From positions 18,228,001 through 18,292,000 of the forward strand of contig OZ024763.1 in assembly GCA_964016885.1 (NCBI GenBank): a DNA stretch of 64,000 nt. Direction: 5' to 3'. Numbering within the stretch: position 1 is the stretch's first letter; every line of letters begins with the position of its first letter. This document shows positions 57,741-64,000 of this stretch, piece by piece. Under the pieces are notes generated by a model that did no database searches, had not been told where the DNA came from, and worked only from the letters and a program-made list of their open reading frames with translations. The translations under genes were made by a program, and so were the position numbers. The DNA is from Eledone cirrhosa (lineage: Eukaryota).

Positions 57741-58715
57741 TGTATTTTTGGTATATATTTGATCGTATTTTACTTTGATAATGATTATCTTTACTCACAG
57801 AAACTCCATCTCTTTCTCTCTCACACACACACATTCATACAATCTCTTGCCCTTCTCTTTTTCTCTCTCTCTCACACACACACATATATATATAGGGAGA
57901 GAGAGAGAGAGCAAGATCAGGATTTTACCAGTTTTAAACACATAAGGGGCCATTATTCAACAGAGTACTCAATACTTGGGATAGTAGAATGTAACTATAT
58001 CAAAGAGAGTCAGGGCCTGACAGCTGAGCTCTTTCCATTTCGACAGCTAATTCCAGAGTAATTATATATATAATATATATCTAGAAATGAAGGTCATATG
58101 TGGCTTGGGAGCAAAATGTATTGCAACACAGTCATGTTGTACCAAAGGTAATGAATTTCAAGCAATGTGTGGCTACCTGGGAAGATATGATCCAAACCAA
58201 ACTAACTCTGCTGAATAATGAGAAAGAAAAGGGAAAATGGTGATCAAAGTAATCAGTTGTAGCCTGCATCAGCAAGTGGGAGGATTGCTCTGGTAAGGAC
58301 ATGTGATGAGAAAGTAGTCTTCAGAAGAGAAGTGAGAGGGAAGAAGACATATGACAGAGTGAAGAAAGCTGATCCATGTATGTGTAATCTCTCAAAAGAA
58401 ATGATTAAGTTGACAAAGGTCAGTTACAAGTTAGAAAATGCTGTGATGGATAAGTCCTGCTATTTTAATAACAGATGTATAATGATGATGATGATCTACA
58501 CGATGAACACACCCAGTACACTCTGTAAAGTGGTTGGTGATAGTCAAGGCATCCAGCTATAGAAAGCTTGCCAAGGGTCAGGAGGACTCTTCTGTCGTGT
58601 CAAGAACATGACATCTTGTGTTGGTGATCGACACGATAAACGCACCAAGTACATGATGTAAAGTGGTTGGTATTAGGAAGGGCATCCAGCTATATCTTGT
58701 TGTAGATCTTTTATA

Positions 58716-58747
<32 letters not shown>

Positions 58748-58754
<7 letters not shown>

Positions 58755-59165
58755 GTTAGAATATGTGTAATAAGGCCAAGACAATGCAGATATGGACATA
58801 GAAAAAAGAATGCAATAGTGAGAGATATTGATGAGAATTCGTCTTTCACCTTGAATTTATTTAAATGTCCTTAATTTTCGAGATAATATCTCTTCTTCGG
58901 AGGGAAGTAAAAGTCTCAGACCAGCGTCTTAAATTTCCAATGAAGCCATGCTGACCGGTCAGCATGGCTTCATTGGAAATTTAAGACGCTGGTCTGAGAC
59001 TTTTACTTCCCTCCGAAGAAGAGATATTATCTCGAAAATTAAGGACATTTAAATAAATTCAAGGTGAAAGACGAATTCTCATCAATATCTCTCACTATTG
59101 CATTCTTTTTTCTATGTCCATATCTGCATTGTCTTGGCCTTATTACACATATTCTAACGTTTATA
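58748..59165. repeat. 418-bp spacerless palindrome with degenerate minimal HHR-like motif in each arm (59008-59045 +)
   Basis: Centre GCTGACC|GGTCAGC at 58956/58957; arms appear identical; CCGAAGA-A-GAGATA-t-TATCTC-GAAA-AT-TA-AGG. Confidence 0.85.
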
Positions 59166-59293
59166 CCTCATTACACAATGTTTCAAGTGAACTATAACCT
59201 CCTCCATATATATATATATATATATAGGAAAAGAGTCAGAACCCCGACGGCTGACCTCTGGCCCTTTCGACAGCTTTCTTACCACACCCTCTT

Positions 59294-59357
<64 letters not shown>

Positions 59358-59707
59358 CCCGGGTTCAATCAGAGGTAACCACAGTAAGAAAGGTACTCAA
59401 TACATTAGTAGAGTGTAAACATCAAATTTAATATAGAAATGGCTTCTACAAGACTAGAACTGTTTCATTCAAAGGAGATCATCAGGAAAGCTTTGATGAT
59501 TTCCTTCAAATGAAACAGTTCTAGTCCTGTAGAAGCGATTTCTACATTGAAGGGCATCCAGCCATAGAAAACCTGCCAGATACAGTCCTCTTACGAGTGA
59601 GACACAGTCACCCGACCAAACTTGCCTCAAGTGGGACTATCCCGCCTAACCCATGCTAACGTAGAAAATGGACATTAAATGATGATGATGATATATATAC
59701 ATACATA

Positions 59708-59781
<74 letters not shown>

Positions 59782-59828
59782 GTTTATGACGTTAAATGTT
59801 GGTGATGATGTGTGTGTGTTTTGGGTGT

Positions 59829-60125
59829 GGTGCCAAAGTATATGAAATGGTTGAAGTATGCTTCTTATATACAACAGGAACTAAATTCCTATATCCAGAT
59901 ATAGCACTATATGGAGGAGATGGCATTGCAGACTCCCAATACACAACCATCCCTAGGAAAGACTGAGAAAGTTCTGTCTCAGGTTACCGCCAGTCTGAGA
60001 ACAATTGAACAGCCAAAGAAACCTCTACTAGAAACAATAGCCAAAGAAGTTTCTACTAGAATAGAAACAGCAGCCAAATATTCATTAAATCACACTGCAA
60101 TGCCTTGAAAAAGGAAAGGATAGTT
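59829..60125 (+). pseudogene. Highly decayed Penelope-like element reverse transcriptase relic
   Basis: In-frame GAKVYEMVEVCFL-x11-IALYGGDGIA matches the spacing of the PLE RT motif GAEVCELVGLYIL...IGLYRDDGLA; downstream PLLETIAKEVSTRI and AAKY..NALKK resemble the following PLE blocks. Confidence 0.55.
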
Positions 60126-60629
60126 TAAAGAATGTATTTATAAAATTCCTGGTGAATTAACTGTCTACATAGCATGGTAAGGGTGTTGGACTTGTGATCA
60201 TAATATCAGGGTAAATGTGGTTGGGGTTAGGAATGGCATTTAGCCAGAGAAAACCAAGCCAGAAGCAGTTGTATGAGAAAGACAAGGTCACCTGACCTAA
60301 CTTGCCTCAAACGGGATAACCCGTCAAACCCATGCTAGCGTGGAAAAATGGACGTTAAACAATGATGATGATGATGATGATGATGATGGTATTATTATTA
60401 TTTAGCATTAACATTAATACTAAAAATAATATTTTTTAGAGAAGGGCCTCAGATTTCATATAGCTTAGGGCCTCACTCAGCAGGTGAATGTTAGGCTCTG
60501 TAGGTGGTACAAATTTTAGCTGTAGGGAGGCTTTGGTACCCCTGTAGTGTGAGACCAATTGGTACAGATAATGCTGTTCTATATATACTAAGTCTGATAT
60601 AACAAACAAAAAAAGACGGGATAATTACA

Positions 60630-60784
60630 TAATATATAATTAAATTATTGGGTACAGTGCTCAGGTGTACTACAAAAGAAATGCTTACAGCACCTAGGTT
60701 TCCAAGCAGTCGCCCATCTAAGTGCTAACTAGACTCGACGTTGCTTCACTTCGGTGATCGGACGAGAACCGGTGTTTCCAGCGT
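60630..60784 (-). pseudogene. 5'-truncated 5S rRNA-derived copy (60679-60784) fused to a retroposon 3' tail
   Basis: ACACCGGTTCTCGTCCGATCACCGAAGTGAAGC...GGTGCTGTAAGCATTT, then TTGTAGTACACCTGAGCACTGTACCCAATAATT, a tail also seen at 30198-30280(+) and 34330-34411(-). Confidence 0.85.
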
Positions 60785-61765
60785 ACGAAAGAAAAAATCG
60801 CAAAACATTTTTGTTAGAAATCAAATTAGTCACTAGAGGTCACTACATGTATTTTATTAGCCGTTATCCTATAACAGATTGCTTTTTCTGCAAGAAGTAG
60901 CAGCCATATTGCATGAAGAAATCGTAGTTGCTAGTTATCTTCCTTGAGTATTTATTTTTTTGTGATGACATTTTTAACCACTAGACGTCATGACATGTAT
61001 TTTACTGTCCGTTGTCCTATAACAGATCGATGTCGTTGTTAGAAATAACAACCAAATTCACTTCACATTACATTCTACTATCGTGAAAAAACAAAGACAC
61101 ATTGGATGATGTATTTCTGAAACAGGTCAATAGTTGAGGTTGAACACAGATGTTCGACCCGTAGGCTATCTTTATATATAAATATTTTCCTGACAATATA
61201 TATATGTATATATGAAATATAAATAAATGTTATCAGCGAGAGGTGACATTTCGCAGAAAATGATTACTTGTGGATAGATCAATAGTAGTTATTGCTTTGG
61301 ACATTTCTATCGGCTTTCCATCAATACTTTTCTTGTCGTTTAAAGAACATGCGTTCCACAGACGGGAGAACCACATAATAGAATTGTTTAAATAAAACTG
61401 AGAATAATATACAAACCCCCACCACCCCCATCGTTACCCCCTGTGGCACATGTCTGGACAATGTGGATCAATGAGAAGGCTCTCCGAAGTACAGAACCCC
61501 AGATGCAAGCCTTCTCGTGGTCCCGGCAGATAGAATAGAGAATGTATTATTCCAGAAGATAGTAAGGGGGACGTGTTGAAATAGCCAAACCAACCTCCGA
61601 GTTTCATTTCTGCGGGTGGCCAACTCCCGATATAAACTTTATCCAAAAACAAGGTGGCTTAGGTAACAGTGAAATAGGTGTTGTTAATAGTATGTTTTCT
61701 CGATCAGAGTTAATCTGGGACTAAACAACGAGGAGCCATCTACCTGGTCACCCAAACCCAAATAA

Positions 61766-62105
61766 GAAGAAACGACAGTTAAATGCCCTCAAATTACACC
61801 TTATTGTCTTGAAATAAAGAGAACTGCTCACATTAATAGTTACTAAGCTTCCAGCTCGTTCAATTTCGTGTCTTTATATACATATAAAAAAAAAACCTCT
61901 TCCATCTCTATCACCATCACCATTTACTCAAATTGGAAGAAACGACACCTAAATAGTCCTCAAATTACACCTTATTGTCTTGAAATAAAGAGAACTACCC
62001 ACATGAATAGTTACTAAGCTTCTAGCTCGTTCAATTCCATGTCTTTATATACATATTTTTAAAAAAACCTTTTCCATCTTCTATCTCTATCACCATCACC
62101 ACTTA
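61766..62105. repeat. ~171-bp tandem dimer downstream of the orphan ORF
   Basis: gaagaaacgaca...ctcaaattacaccttattgtcttgaaataaagagaact occurs twice. Confidence 0.8.
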
Positions 62106-62233
62106 TTTCTTCGTCAATTCCCCCTTTCCTCGCATTCTTCTCTAGCTCGTCCATCTTGTCATTGTGTCCACCCCAAGCTCCTCTACTCCGACAAGCTCTT
62201 TAACTTCGACCAAAGCTCTAGCTACAACTATGA

Positions 62234-63127
62234 CTATAACTCAAACACCTCCGATTCTTCCTTGATTGTCTTTAACGAGGGGTAAAATCCCAAAATGTTC
62301 TTCTTCTGACATTTGCAGTTCAATCGCTTACACTTTTGTCTCACCAAATTTCTCCTCTGTGGAGAATTTATTTTATACCTACCGCACCTGGGACTACAAG
62401 TAAAGGCATTTTTCTTGATACAGGCAAAAGACACCATGTTCTTCCGACAATCATTACACGTATACAAATTTCTTGAGCCCGAACCACACATAAAGTGACT
62501 TCTTATAGTAGAAGTATATATCGTTAGATTTCTCTCCGAATAATTTCTAGCTAATAAATTTCTTCTGTTACGATTAGCTAACATACTGTAGCGGTTAGAA
62601 CTATATGTTGAAAGAGTTTTGCAGCTGGGAGCATGAACTATCGATCTTTGCGAGCTCAAGTTATCTTCTGATGAAGATTCTTTATTAGTAACCCACGGCA
62701 TCGACCTTCCTATGTTGTAGGTGTGTTGCAGCAACAAATCTATTTTGCTAGAGTTACCAGGAAACGAATGCCTTCTGCTGTTAATATCTGGCAAATGATT
62801 TGCCTTGATCTTGCTAGACTCGGCCGAGTTCCGATTTCTCCCTTGTTGAACAATCACCTTTGTCGGATCGTTAGAATTATGACTACAACTTCTACAGGCA
62901 GCGTACCATTTTGGAGAGATCACCTCTTCTGTTTTAACACAGGGGTCAGGGCCAACGGAATTATCCCAACAAAACGAGAACAACCTGCAACAACTGCGCT
63001 TGAGGCGGACAAAAGCGCTGGTCACACGTCGCATGTAACTTCTTTTGTTTATTTTAGTTATTACTGGAGATGATAATAATGGCGAAAAAGACGAAGACTG
63101 GTCAAACGGCAGAGACAACTGCGACAT
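62234..63127 (-). CDS. Intronless 297-aa basic Ser/Arg/Lys/Cys-rich protein of unknown function
   Basis: Non-repetitive 894-nt ORF from ATG to stop in AT-rich surroundings; no recognisable domain; C-terminal LKTIKEESE. Confidence 0.65.
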   Translation of the reverse strand: MSQLSLPFDQSSSFSPLLSSPVITKINKRSYMRRVTSAFVRLKRSCCRLFSFCWDNSVGPDPCVKTEEVISPKWYAACRSCSHNSNDPTKVIVQQGRNRNSAESSKIKANHLPDINSRRHSFPGNSSKIDLLLQHTYNIGRSMPWVTNKESSSEDNLSSQRSIVHAPSCKTLSTYSSNRYSMLANRNRRNLLARNYSERNLTIYTSTIRSHFMCGSGSRNLYTCNDCRKNMVSFACIKKNAFTCSPRCGRYKINSPQRRNLVRQKCKRLNCKCQKKNILGFYPSLKTIKEESEVFEL

Positions 63128-63396
63128 TTTTTGTCTTGTCTTGTATTGTCTTACTTCCTTTTTTTGGTTCGTCTCACACTATTTTTTTAAATAAATAAGT
63201 AAATAAATAAATAAACAACAACAACAGAAACAATCGAAAAGTGATCGATAATTTCTTTTTTGGTCCTTCCCACACTAACTTACAAAATTAATCGAAAGAA
63301 AATCGAGAAAATGGTTAGGAACAATAAACTGAACTAACGAAGTTATTGGTCGATTGATTTAAGTAACAATATGATTGATATAAGTATTGGTTCACA

Positions 63397-63752
<356 letters not shown>

Positions 63753-64000
63753 TATCAGAGAAATCCTCGAATGAATAGAGGAGGTGTGGAGTAAAACGAT
63801 AAAGTTATCAATTAAATAATTGATTAATAGAAATATATCGATTAATAAAAGGCAATAAGCGGCGCGGAGATGTAAAAACTGAAGGAAGCATGTAAAATTA
63901 CGATGAAAGAAGAAAGATTGAGATGACAGAATGAAAGAAGAGTTTACTATTATTATATCTTTATACAACTGGTTAACTTTGCCTTTCATCCTTACGGGGT

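Overview
AT-rich, repeat-dense animal genomic DNA. The SINE, RTE-tail and (TA)n landscape looks cephalopod (octopus-like); this is inferred, not proven. One complete 10-exon minus-strand gene (29026-53755) encodes a ~723-aa TMEM201/Samp1/Ima1 inner-nuclear-membrane protein; all nine introns are GT-AG with consistent phases. There is also an intronless 297-aa basic orphan ORF (62234-63127, -), CR1/L2- and RTE-type LINE fragments, two tRNA-derived SINE families, piggyBac-like and Tc1/mariner-like MITEs, a 5S rRNA-derived retrocopy, and many micro- and minisatellites. Most long ORFs in the track are microsatellite artefacts. The most notable signal is a set of non-coding elements carrying type I hammerhead ribozyme (HHR) motifs, from at least 4-5 unrelated sequence families. 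These include a ~559-bp tandem array with an inverted leader (944-3456), a ~426-bp family with covarying stem I pairs (intron 5 of TMEM201 and upstream), and several fold-back elements (54.9, 57.3, 58.7 and 59.4 kb; degenerate motif at 18.9 kb). Most are embedded in or next to (TA)n, and a decayed Penelope-type RT relic lies nearby. This looks like a Penelope-dependent retrozyme-like system, several members of which have a non-canonical mismatch at the base of stem II. Ribozyme folds were derived by eye and activity is untested.
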